Shown here: positions 21,898 through 32,905 of the stretch, in pieces | Position numbering within the stretch: position 1 is the stretch's first letter | Layout: each line of letters opens with the position of its first letter | Origin: Catajapyx aquilonaris | Lineage: Eukaryota | Assembly (NCBI GenBank): GCA_000934665.2 | Contig: JYFJ02004347.1 | Coordinates: 1-32,950, forward strand | DNA: 32,950 nucleotides | Direction: 5' to 3' | Notes under the pieces: generated by a model | Databases searched by the model: none | What the model was told of the DNA's origin: nothing | What the model saw: only the letters and a program-made list of their open reading frames with translations | Position numbers and translations under genes: made by a program

Positions 21898-22359
21898 ATT
21901 GGACCTAATATCAGCAGGTGCTAAGACTGGTAACTAAACAACGCTGCCTGTTGACCTAATATCAGCAGGTGCTAAGACTGGTAACTAAACAACGCTGCCT
22001 GTTGACCTATTATTATCAGTTGCGCCAACTGCGGCCAACAATGAACAGACCAGAAGGCCTATTTATTGACACACCCGGGTCTGTCCAGTTCCGACGGATT
22101 GGGCCTGTGGTTTGGCAGCTAGTGACCTCATGTGAAACCCTCCAGCGAACACCAGAACAGGCCTGTTTCCCACGGATGACCCTTTTTTCCCTCATTAATT
22201 GTTACATGGGCATTGGACCTAATATCAGCAGGTGCTATTCCCGATTCTCCAGAAAGTATCTCTTATTGATCTCTTAGCAAAGACCTGCTTATAAACAAGC
22301 AGCTTGCGCGATATTTCCAATAACTGTTGGTGCCATAGGGTTGGATCACCCTGTATATA

Positions 22360-22929
22360 CAGGGTGGTCGGTAAATGGCGCACAAGCTTCAGGTAGCGAG
22401 ATTCCTTGTGAAAAACCAGTATATGGAAGTGAAGGTCCTATTGCTCTACGAGGCCTGGTTAGGGCTCACGAGGCCTCCAAAGTTTGGGCCAAATCCTGAC
22501 GTCACATCCGCCCGCGAAATTCAAACACTCCCGTATCGCTACCGTACGCGGCGTGTTGCCATGTTGACATCCTCCACATGTTCACCAAACAATGGAACCG
22601 TATAAACTCGCCGGGACGTTGCCAGGAACTCGGCGACGACAGTATGGCAATTCCTGGCAACATCCCAGCCAGTTTATACGGTTCCATTGTTTGGTGAACA
22701 TGTGAATGATGTCAACATGGCAACGCCTAGCAACACCCCGTGTCCGGTGGCGATACGGTAGTGTTTGAATTTCGCGGGCAGATGTGACGTCATGATTTGG
22801 TCCAAACTTTGTAGGCTTCGTGAGCCCTAACCAGGCATCATAGAGCAATATGACCTTCACTTCCATATACTGGTTTTTCACAAGGAATCTCGCTACCTTA
22901 AGCTTGTGCGCCATTTACCGACCACCCTG
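22360..22929. mobile_element. Tc1/mariner-type fully palindromic MITE
   Basis: TA|cagggtggtcggtaaatggcgcacaagctt...aagcttgtgcgccatttaccgaccaccctg|TA; arms pair to within ~20 nt of the centre (~22640). Confidence 0.92.
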
Positions 22930-22950
22930 TATAATCATATAAAATGACGA

Positions 22951-22953
<3 letters not shown>

Positions 22954-23014
<61 letters not shown>

Positions 23015-23046
23015 TAATAATAATAATAATAATGATAATAATAATA
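22954..23046. repeat. (AAT)n microsatellite flanked by a 17-bp direct repeat
   Basis: atataaaatga(c/t)gagta at 22937-22953 and 23047-23063. Confidence 0.9.
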
Positions 23047-24008
23047 ATATAAAATGATGAGTACGCTTTAGGCGAAGTGTGAAATGAGCGCGAGGGTCTC
23101 TGGCGGGATTGGAGAATCTATGACTTTTGGCTGCTGCGTAACCGACTGCAGGTCAATTCGCTGCAATCAAATTTGCTGATGGGATTGGCTGATGGTGGGA
23201 TGGGTGACTCTTGCATGCGTTTGGAACCCCTGTTGCCAAGAGAGGCGCATCCTACGTGCATCACCAAATGGTATGTGGACGTTCGTCCCCGCAGTTTGGC
23301 CCACAATTTTCACCCCCTTTACATATTGGCCTCTGAGGTATTCGCCTGGGCTGCTCAAAAGTCATGGCTCAGACTCACATCATTTCTAGAGAGGCCTTGC
23401 ATGTAGCCTGGCAACGGCGGGGGCGGGTAGTGGCCTGACTGGCTCGGAATGGAAGGGCAGAAATGAAATTTTGCACTCTCCTGCTTGGGTGAGGCCTTGG
23501 ACACACTAAGCGGAATCGCCGCGACGGAATGTCCGGCGTGGTCCGCTCAACAATCTCAAACACATGGAAATAAACGGGCTTCTGTCGGGATAAGACACAC
23601 ACGCTGGTTTTTTCCTCGTTCTGTCGAACACCAGTGGAAGACACAGCGGAAAAAATCCGCAGTTTTCCGCCAGGGACAATAATCCCACTGCAATACATTG
23701 ATTCCAGCGGAGGAAGGCCACACTACTGACGGAGAATGCAGGTTCGCTGGCCCTGCACCGGGGGGATTGGTAGCTGAAAGGGCTGCAAGCCGGCAGTACG
23801 GTTGACGGAAATTACGCTCACAATCGAGCAAAACACTTCTTTCTGTACGTCTGGTAGACGGAGATCAGGAAATTGTGCCTTTCTGTGCATGTGGCCTACT
23901 CTCGACCCTTCGGCTGGGAAATGAGAAAATTTTCCGTACTCGCCAACATGAACTTGGATTCAGGGAGACTGAAAATGCATTGATATCCCATCGTAAGGCC
24001 CTGCCTGC

Positions 24009-24150
24009 ACTTCGAGTTATGGAGAACTTCGAGTTACAGAAATTCCAGTTAGGGAAGTTTATTTCCTATTATTTTACATTGGGACCAACCAAGGTCATAA
24101 TTTTCTGTGACTCATAGAGAACTTTGACTTATAGAAGTTTTGCTGTTGTA
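24009..24150. mobile_element. Degenerate Tigger/pogo-like right end
   Basis: Repeated ttcgagtta motifs ending in ...gacttatagaagttttgctg. Confidence 0.4.
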
Positions 24151-25832
24151 CAATGCGTCTCTCTTGGCAACAGGTGTTCCAAACACAAGCATGTGTCACC
24201 CCCTCCCAACACAACAGCGAACTGACTCGCTGGCGAAAAGAATATGTAATGAGGGCGAAAACTCAGGAAAGTTCACCAAATCGTTCGAAATGACAAACCG
24301 ATCAACCGCAAGAGCACAATTAACAGTAAATCAGTGAGCATGGATCTTGGCAAAGCCACAATAATGTTCATTGGCCCGCGGCACCACAAGCCAGAAGATT
24401 AATGTTGTGGACACACAATCCACAATAAGCGCCCACCTCGCTAATGCTTGCAATTAACAAAAATGATTGGGCTAATTAAAGGACCCTGCACTGACAGGGC
24501 ACAAAGAGCCCTCTGAACTGCAACACCTCTCTCTCTCTCNCCCCCCGCCTCCCACCACTTTGTCGCACAGGAAAGATCAGCCCCATTTTGAAAGTTTTGA
24601 ACGATAGGGCCATAACCGTTTGACAAATACACTAAGTTATTCCCGATTATCTGGGAGCAGATCACTCAAAAAATTAGTTAGAAAAGAAAAAAAAGTCTAA
24701 AAGAATGTCAATATGTCTGGCAAACAAAGAAATGCAACAGACTTTTCCCAGAAGTCAAACTCAAAATCTATGGTACGTTTTATTATTTTGATTAAAACTT
24801 ATTGAGAGCAGCATACAATATGTGCAGTAGTATATTAAAAACCTATGAATAGCTCATTTCTAGGGAATCTAGGACCATTTTCGCATTTTCCGATTTTCTG
24901 TGTTTTCGGATTTTCTGAGCACACCTGTGCATTCTTACCTGCCTGTCACCTTCATTTTTAACTTTGGCTCTATATGAAAAGTACTGATCAGACACAGACC
25001 ATGTCATCACACACTAGTGCATTAGTACCACTCATAAAGAATGAGATGACTATATGGACGATCAGTTTATTCATTTCTGTTCCCAACCCCTGGATCACCA
25101 GCATGTTTGAAAGGGTCTTGGGGAAGGCCGGGTAGAGGGAATGAAAATAAAGAAAAAAAAGAAGAAAACAAGGCAGAGAAGGAAAATTGTAGAGGGGAAA
25201 TTAATCTCAAATCTACGTAAGGGTAATTCCTAGACAACACCCTCCATTTTTTTGATTTTGATGAAATTTTGCATGCAGGTCCCAAACTGGATGAGTAAGT
25301 AAACACCCAATTTTCAGACACCTACATTCAATAGGTCAAGAGTTATGCCATGGTCAAAATTGAAGAAAATCTAAAACATGGACTCAAAAATCGCATCATA
25401 TCTCGGTGAGTACTTACTCTACCGCGACTTTTCATATGTCGATAGATTCGCAATAGTGTGGAGCAGACGATGGATGCATCAAAAGAATTTTTGCAGTGCA
25501 GGAAAATCGTCATTATCGCGAGGTCAAGTTTTGTGACCTTAGACCATGCCCATGTCTGTCGGTCGAAATGCTTGAGAATAAAAACACACTGATACCCACA
25601 CCTCTGTTCCAAACACAGGTATAAGTTTAATTTTAATTAGGATATGTCTGCTGGGCGAAAAAAAATCCAGACTACTACTGTGTCATTGAAATCTTCGATG
25701 TCTCCTGCAATCTCGATCTTATTGATTAGCAGATAGGTATTTTTTCCAGGGGTTAATTAGGTGACTAGGAAACCCCTCGAGCTAGGAAAATTTAAAATTT
25801 ACACCATTAGAACGTATGTGGTCCAGCCTATA

Positions 25833-26421
25833 CAGTGTGTTTCAGAGTCACGGGTCAAGTGTGCGCAAGGGGGTGGGGAAAAATCGTAGGTGGCGACAAC
25901 CCCGGTTGGTTTTATAAGACAATTACAATTACGAGAGTACCGGTAAGCAATTTATTTATTACGGCCGTACGGCGTGACGTCACATCCTTTCTGTATTCGA
26001 ATTGACTGGCGTGGACTGGCACATTCACTGGGTTGAAACTGTTTGAGCGGCTTTTTAGCCTTGTGGGTTGCACTGAAAAAGGTGCTCTCATGCTACACCG
26101 GCAGGGTACTGTACAACGTAGTGTACTACTGTACAGTACTGTGTACAGTATCCTGCCGGTGTAGTAGGAGAGCGCCTTTTTCAGTGCAACCCACAAGGCT
26201 AAAAGGCCGTTCAACCAGGTTCAACCCACTAGTGCACCTGCCAGTCCGCACCAGTCAATTCGAATACAGAAAGGATGTGACGTAACGCTGTATGGTCGTA
26301 ATAAATAAATTGATTACAGCCGTATTTCTAATTGTTTTATAAAACTGACTGGGGTTGTCGCCACCTACGATTTTTCCCCACCCCCTTGCGCTCACTTGAT
26401 CTGTGACTCTGAAACACCCTG
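25833..26421. mobile_element. Tc1/mariner-type fully palindromic MITE
   Basis: TA|cagtgtgtttcagagtcac...gtgactctgaaacaccctg|TA; arms pair to the centre at ~26127. Confidence 0.9.
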
Positions 26422-26469
26422 TACTGTGAGATATTGTAATGATGGGATGGGATAATGATAAGATGGGAT

Positions 26470-26612
26470 GAGGGGGAGGGGTCGTGCAGGTCCCCAGAGG
26501 TCGAGGAAAGATTGTACATAGGGTCGCGATGAAATAAGGGTGGGAAAACTGCTGGACAGTTAGGATAAATGTTTCGTCCATAAAGTCGTCTCGTCCCTTA
26601 TCAGCAGTACTG
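26470..26612 (-). mobile_element. Half copy of a TA-CAGT element; second half copy at 32073-32215 (+)
   Basis: Reverse complement tacagtactgctgataag...tatggacga...tttat.ct.act.tccagca matches 32071-32140. Confidence 0.6.
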
Positions 26613-26799
26613 TACAGCACATGTGATCATCTCTATAAGCAAGTTAAATTCGTAAAAATTGAATGGATGAAATTCACTTTGGAACAAGTCATTGATTGAT
26701 TTAGATTTTTGCAGCACATTCACCTTGGACCAAGTTCAAAAGACCACGAAGATGGGCACATTTCTTGGATCATCTTGAAGAGTTAGTATTTGAACTTAC

Positions 26800-26867
26800 C
26801 TTAAAAGCAATTCCTTTGGCAATTTTTTGTTGATTAAAGCTTCATCATCTGAGAAGACACGAGTCAG
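26800..26867 (-). CDS. FBXL20: FBXL2/FBXL20 orthologue, most 5' coding exon found (start of F-box)
   Basis: Minus strand reads tttctactttcag|CTG ACT CGT...TTA AG|gtaag = LTRVFSDDEALINKKLPKELLL(R), matching the FBXL2/20 motif DEAxINKKLPKELLLR. The phase-2 end joins exon 7719-7848 in frame. Confidence 0.92.
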
Positions 26868-27441
26868 CTGAAAGTAGAAAAGACCTTTTCAAACTCATTG
26901 TTCATACCAACAGTCCACATATAACTTACTACTCACCACCACAAAAACCACCACATTACCTGTTTAACAAGTTTCTACTTATAAACATTATACAGTTTGC
27001 TGTTAAGGCCTTCTTACTTACATGATAAAATGGCCATCATAACTGGTCACACTGCACAGTGTGGCCAAACGTGTGAATGCTTGGACAATGGCTCCCTCTC
27101 CACGCATATGTCATGATGTGGTCACAACTTTCCTTAAATTTAACCTTTGACAGCGAAATTTTTTCGGACTGTTTTTTTCTTTTCTTGATGAAAATTTGCA
27201 GTAGGAGTGATATTAATAAGAGCAAAAACAATCCCTGGAGTGAAAAAAAGGGTAGTAAGACCTCTGTGGCGGAATGAAGGTACTGACACAAGGCAGGCGC
27301 ACGTAAGACCTTCACCAATTGATTTATGCTGTGCCATAGGTCTTACTCAAGCAATTCTAAAATTAATGCTCATAAAATATCCTTTCTGAACCCCCCATTA
27401 TAACCCGATAAGGGTCTGTAGGGGGGTGGAATACCACCATA

Positions 27442-27991
27442 CAGGGTGGACCAACTTCAAGTGTCGTTTTATAACGGCGATTAATAGCAGTGATTTTGCG
27501 ATGACGTAGCAGCGACGTGTAAAATGTCCCACTTCGGCGCCATCGAAAATATTAGCGGCCAATAGCAGCACACATGTAATCAACCCTGCTGCTGGGGACA
27601 AATGTGTGTTAGCGGGGACGGTCTGGTTGGCCTCCCAATAGGCCGTGGTTTCTTTGCGACCCTGAGGAGTACCGGTTTGAATGCTCTGCAGTCTTGCTGA
27701 TCGAATGCAGGTTTGGGCATTTCTTGGTTGGTGGTTAGGGGGCACCGCACGTGCCCTGTTTTACACCGCGTGTTGCGCGGGCGAGGCAGCCTTCTTTAAG
27801 GACTGCCGGATTGGCATTGGTGCCGCATGTGGCATGTGGTTGCACAGGGTTCATTACATGTGTGCTGCTATTGGCAGCTAATATTTTCGATGGCGCCGAA
27901 GTGGGCCATTTTACACATCGCTGCTACGTCAATCGTAAAGCGCTTCTGTTAATAGCCGTAACAAAACGACACTTGAAGTTGGTCCACCCTG
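27442..27991. mobile_element. Tc1/mariner-type MITE with ~140-bp TIRs
   Basis: TA|cagggtggaccaacttcaagtgtcg...cgacacttgaagttggtccaccctg|TA. Confidence 0.9.
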
Positions 27992-28014
27992 TATTTCCCT
28001 CTAATTGTCTGTAA

Positions 28015-28275
28015 TTTTTTTCAATAACCGTGCAGGGAAGAAAGGACATATAGGGTAGGGATGGCGATTTTTGGGGAGGGAACATGGGTGCAGGTGCAAT
28101 GTTATTGTGTCGGGCCATGTGCTGTTCCCCGGGAGGTTAGGTTGCCAGACACCTCCAAGGCGTGGGTCAGAGACCCTCCTGACACAGGCGAAAGGTAAAT
28201 CCCCGGTGGGGTTCGAACCTGGGACCTTTGACTCAGCAAGCCGAGACGTTACCATCTCTGCCACCGTACCTGCTC
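28015..28275 (-). mobile_element. tRNA-derived SINE (family A)
   Basis: A box TGGCAGAGATGG, B box GGTTCGAACCC; collinear with 1510-1750. Confidence 0.88.
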
Positions 28276-28581
28276 GGAACTTCAATATGAAGTTTATTAT
28301 TTGAATTTCTCTATGATTTGAGAGAATTCATTGCCATCAAACATTATGCACAACCGTCGCCTGAGTACTGGGTTTTAATGATTGTAATGTTTCAAATTTT
28401 TCACATATTGTCGTAAATTGCTTGATTTTCTAAGGTCGTTTTTGATGGGATTCTGCATTTGCATGGCGGAACAAAGTCTGTGAGGATGGGCCGAGTTTTA
28501 TTCCCCTAAATGTAACTTTGCCTACTGCTAATAGTAGTTTGCATTATTTGTACAACTTTTTACGAGCAATTCTGCACAATA

Positions 28582-28768
28582 CAGGGTGACTCTAAAGTCA
28601 GCATTCATAGGTAATTAGATTGTATTGTTGGTTTCCACTTGTGTCAACTAGCAGATTGTTGTCATTCAGTAAAGTATGAGTTGGCAGAGTCGGCACTTGG
28701 AGTTGGCACAACTGGCAACCAACAATACAATCAAATGACCTATGTATCTTGACTTTCGAGTCACCCTG
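28582..28768. mobile_element. Tc1/mariner-type palindromic MITE
   Basis: TA|cagggtgactctaaagtca...tgactttcgagtcaccctg|TA. Confidence 0.85.
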
Positions 28769-28869
28769 TACTTCAGAATTAATAATAATAAAAATAATAA
28801 TGGATACCCTGTGATAAGTCTCCTTGGGCTTTTTAGGGGGATCATCTTTTAATTGACCGACTTTAATCA

Positions 28870-29055
28870 TTGCCTTTGATGTGATGGATTTTTATAGTGG
28901 GAGGAAACAGGAGAACCATGAGAAAACCCACGCGAACACAGAGAGAACCCATCAAAACGCGATCCACATAAGTATCCTCTGTCCGATCCGGGGATCGAAC
29001 TCGGGACCTTAGAGGTGGAGGGCTGTGGCGCTAACCACTCCGCCACCGTGTGGCC
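28870..29055 (-). mobile_element. tRNA-derived SINE (family C) with V/Meta-domain-like core
   Basis: A box TGGCGGAGTGG, B box AGTTCGATCCC, then gttctctctgtgttcgcgtgggttttctcatggttctcctgtttcctcccac. Confidence 0.78.
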
Positions 29056-29348
29056 CACCTGTACTTCATAATTGCTCGAGTAAGACCTATATGGTACAGT
29101 TTAAATCAATTGGTGAAGGTCTTACGTGCGCCTGCCTTGTTTCAGTACTTTCATTCCGCCAGAGGTCTTTGTTCTCTTTTTTTACTGAAGGAAATATTTT
29201 TGCTCTTATTTCAGTTCTTTTTTGCCAGGACGTAATAGGTACAATGATGCCTCATTTAACCTCATTGAACACAATCATGGTATAATGATCACAAGCAGTC
29301 ATAATCATGAACTTGGTTTGATAGAAGGAAACTCGTAATTTCAGTCAT

Positions 29349-29556
29349 GAGGCTACAGTGGACCAGCCCGGCTCCCTGCAATTGCAATATACAGTATTCC
29401 ATAAAACTATTACTTGCTGCATGCATGGAACACACAATCTCAGCATATGATCCCGAGCTGTCAGCCACTATTATTGTCATTCTGCAGCAAGTAATAGTTT
29501 TTTGGAATACTGTATATTGCAATTTGCAGGGAGCCAGGTTGGTCTACTGTAGCCTC
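29349..29556. mobile_element. Small palindromic MITE, AT-flanked with GAG termini (ISL2EU- or Sola-like)
   Basis: AT|gaggctacagtggacca...tggtctactgtagcctc|AT; arms ~70 bp. Confidence 0.75.
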
Positions 29557-30339
29557 ATGATTTTTTGATTTGAAAGCGAAGAGGGATTCCTCAATTAGAG
29601 TGCAGAAGGGGATTATGGACTCATGGTCAGCTGAGGGAAAGACTGTAGAGGGCATGATGTCATAGAGTTCAGTCTCACAGTTCATAAACACTAGCTATCA
29701 GGATTTATCATCCTAGTTCTGCGGCAAGTGACAGTATTTGAAGCTATTCTCTCCATCAGTTCATATCTCAGGTCAAAAGCAATCAAAATCTACTGGGTAT
29801 GATTATTTTCCACAAGAATTGTTGCTCCAGTGGCGTAAACGTCGGCATAACTTTCTGGCCATGTCATTAATACGTGGGTTGTCCAATATACCAATAATTA
29901 TTGGCAATACTGTTACCACTCGGCACCCCAGGCTGCCAGGACCTACTGTGGATAGGTATTTTTAGAGTCAGCCCTGTGGAACCCTACGTTACCGGTACCA
30001 TTTGCGAAGCATTCGCAGCAGTATGTGCTGAGCAATGCCTGTTCAAAGTGCACCCATTTACGTGAGCGCCCTAAGACAGCCCTGCTTCATCAAGATCCCT
30101 GTTTCACGTGGAAAATCTGCCAGACAGCACCATCAAGGTCTTGTGCAGATGTGTGGTGACTCTGCCTCCCATATCGTACCACTGCGAGGTTTGTACAAGC
30201 TTTTAAAGAAGGCCCCCTCCGGTACTGCAACGGACCCGACCCATGTCGAAGCCATGACAACTCGGTTGGATATGGGCTAGCGATGGACCTGCATGGAATT
30301 GGCAATGGAAATTGCAAAGCAGCATCAATACCCATCCCA

Positions 30340-30560
30340 ATTCGCCTAGTAAAGAGGAAGGCTTTGTTGCAGAGGGGACCCATTGTCTTCCACGACAACC
30401 CTTGCTGTCTTGTGGTCATTGCTGTTTGCAAATTCTCTTCAGAAATGGGAATGGGAGCTGTTGGAACATCCTCCCTATTAATCTGACATGAGTACATGTG
30501 ACTACAATCAACTACATAAATGAAGGAACCCTTTGATGGCTTTCGTTTCGGTAAGAGGGA
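30340..30560 (+). pseudogene. Mariner transposase catalytic-domain remnant
   Basis: PIVFHDN (~30379-30399), then after a frameshift KWEWELLEHPPY*SDMSTCDY (~30443-30505), i.e. the mariner HDNA...WE.L.HPPYSPDL.P.DY motifs. Confidence 0.8.
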
Positions 30561-31268
30561 AGCATATCTTACGGCGGTCTCTGTGTAACGCCTCCACAAA
30601 AACCGCTGTTAACAGTGTTAGAAGCTTTTCATGGATATGGAAAAATGTCATAAAAATAGCTGACTACACCTTGATAGTGTGAAATGGTCATTTGTGTAGC
30701 CATACTGATACAAAAATTACACCAGTGCAGTGTTGCCAACAATTATCTATGGGTTGATGTTGCCCAGTGATGAATATTAGGTTACATGTATTGTGTAACA
30801 TGTATTGCTTTTTATTTTAGGGGATGTTATTAAAAGAAAACCTGCTGTGCAAATGTAAGAATCACACCTCATGATGGTGCTGATTAGTGGGGATTTCAAA
30901 GGTCTACCCAGAACAAAATTTTAGTTAGGGCAAATAAAACGAAGGAAAAATTCATTGTTGAAAAGGTACACTATGGTCTTACTTAGGGGCTACCTCCCCA
31001 TAAATCAGGCATGAGGTGAATGAACTCGACTGCAGCTCCGACGTGCAGTGACCACTGACCCTCCTCTTGAAAGTGATGACCCTGTCACAACCAGGTACGG
31101 AAGGCAGAAAGCCCCCAAACCAGGAAGAATAAACGCAAGGAGGTAAGTATACTGTCACCTGAACACTGCAGCATTATTCAGCTCCCAACAAAACAATCAA
31201 CTCAAAATCCTCCTTATGAGGTTCAGGTGAAAACAAGAAGAAGGATATTCACTGATCCGATTCTGATA

Positions 31269-32066
31269 CAAGACTCGCTCCGAAAGTTATGCCTCCCTTT
31301 TATTGTGTTGGGCCACGACATCAGAGGAGATGCTTGATGATATGGCAGTAGAGCTTGCACCTTCCCGCCAATAATGTGTCAGTTTTGTCTCCGTGTGGTA
31401 GGTGGCAGCTGAGTAGCAGTCCAACAACATGGAGTCTGTCATTGATGTGTGTCAGAAGCAGAGGTGTGTCATGGAATTCCTCTTGGCGGAGAAAATTGCA
31501 CCGATTGATATTCACCGCCGCTTAGCGAAGGTGTATGGAGACCGAGCACAGATATGCAACTCCGTACACAGATCCCTGGTTGTGATACGCCGATTGGTGC
31601 GGATCAGCTGATCGAGGCACGCTTCATTTTTTGAGGTGACAGCTGTGCTGGGCTGTCCGGACCGTGGCTTGTCACTCGCATTCGCATCGATTACACCACT
31701 GCTGAAACGTGCCACCCACCTCCTCACTGTGCTCACATCAACTGCTCGGTCTCCGTACACCTTCACTAAGCGTCGGTGAATGTCAATCTGTGCAATTTTC
31801 TCCGCCACGAGGAAATCCTTGACACACCTCTGCTCCTGATGCACATCAATGACAGACTCCATGTTGTTGGACTGCTACTCAGCTGCCACCTACCGCAAAG
31901 ATTAGCCTTTGGCCTATTCACTGTTCCTTGACCTACCGCACGGAGACGAAACTAACACGTCATTGGTGGGAAGGTGCAAACTCTACTGCCATATCATCAA
32001 GCGTTTCCTCTGATGTCGTGGCTCAACACAATAAAATAGGAGGCATGACTTTCGGAGCGAGCCTTG
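31269..32066. mobile_element. Foldback mariner derivative made of two inverted 5' ends (galluhop/Mariner1_GG-like)
   Basis: TA|caagactcgctccgaaagttatgcctcc...aggcatgactttcggagcgagccttg|TA. Both arms start MESVIDV.Q.QRCV..FL.AEKIA.IDIHRRL.KVYGDRA; the minus copy continues VDVSTVRRWVARFSSG...DKPRSGQPST...IRTNRRIT (mariner HTH). Confidence 0.92.
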
Positions 32067-32266
32067 TACGTACAGTCCCGCTCATAAAGAATGTTACGAC
32101 ACTATGGACGACGTGTTTATTCTGACTATCCAGCATTATTCCCAACCTGATTTCGTCGTGACACTATGGACAACTTGTCCTAGATCTATGGCGACCCATA
32201 CGACCCCCTCCCTACTTTTTCCGAAATTTTTTATTACCAAAATGTTCAACCTGGTACAATGCTTAC

Positions 32267-32650
32267 CAGTGTTCGAAATTGGGATACATAGGCAGGTCGC
32301 CAGTGGCACCTGATATGTATAGCATGGTCGCCAAAACTGTATGTCTAGTCGCCATTATTTTATTTTATTATATATCATTACTGTTCCATAGCACGAAATC
32401 GCCTATAGTTATAGTGTACAGCGATGCTTCACAATTCAGAAGCATGCTTTAGTATTTTATCAACTGCTTCTTTTTAGACACGGAACTGCAATAATAGCCT
32501 ACACAAATCACATCAATGATGGATTCACTTTGTTCCTCGGTGTTGATTTTATGCTGGCAGACTCCTCTTCTTCCTCGTCAGCTGGTTTGCTGACTTTGGC
32601 AATGCTACTGCCCACAAAAAAATCGGAAATCTTCCGTTTTGCCATTTTCC
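32267..32650. mobile_element. Possible hAT-like remnant
   Basis: cagtgttcgaaatt terminus-like sequence with repeated gtcgcca motifs; a short minus-strand MAKRKISDFF... reading frame from ~32645. Confidence 0.35.
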
Positions 32651-32725
32651 TCGGGAGAGCACTTCTCGAGTCCGATCCACCTCTCTTGCCGACTGCGACT
32701 CGAAATCAGTCGAAAGACTAACTAA

Positions 32726-32905
32726 AGGCCGGTATCCACGTACGAGATTCTCGCATACGAGGAGCCACGAGGAGCCAACTGCGCATGCCCAGATACGAGA
32801 AAGTTGAAAATTTTCAACTTTTTCCCCTTTTCTCGTATCTGGGCACGCGCAGTTGGCTCCTTGCGGCTCCTCGTATGCGAGAATCTCGTACGTGGATACC
32901 AGCCT
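32726..32905. mobile_element. PIF/Harbinger-type palindromic MITE
   Basis: TAA|aggccggtatccacgtacgagattctcgcatacg...cgtatgcgagaatctcgtacgtggataccagcct|TAA. Confidence 0.88.

Larger units (their letters stand above)
19336..22353. mobile_element. Tc1/mariner-type palindromic MITE hosting two P-type insertions
   Basis: TA|cagggtgatccaactctatggcacc...ggtgccatagggttggatcaccctg|TA. Left arm 19336-19676 plus 21431-21453 pairs with ~21977-22353; 51-bp tandem duplication at ~21902-22008. Confidence 0.9.
27215..29211. repeat. Inverted pair (27215-27357 / 29068-29211) enclosing nested MITEs and SINEs
   Basis: caaggcaggcgcacgtaagaccttcaccaattgattta occurs in opposite orientation at both sites. Confidence 0.75.

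Noticed and set aside
26900..27060. Candidate first coding exon of FBXL20 (minus-strand donors at ~26936, ~26959, ~27021)
   Set aside because: None gives an ATG-initiated, stop-free phase-0 frame into the 26867 acceptor.
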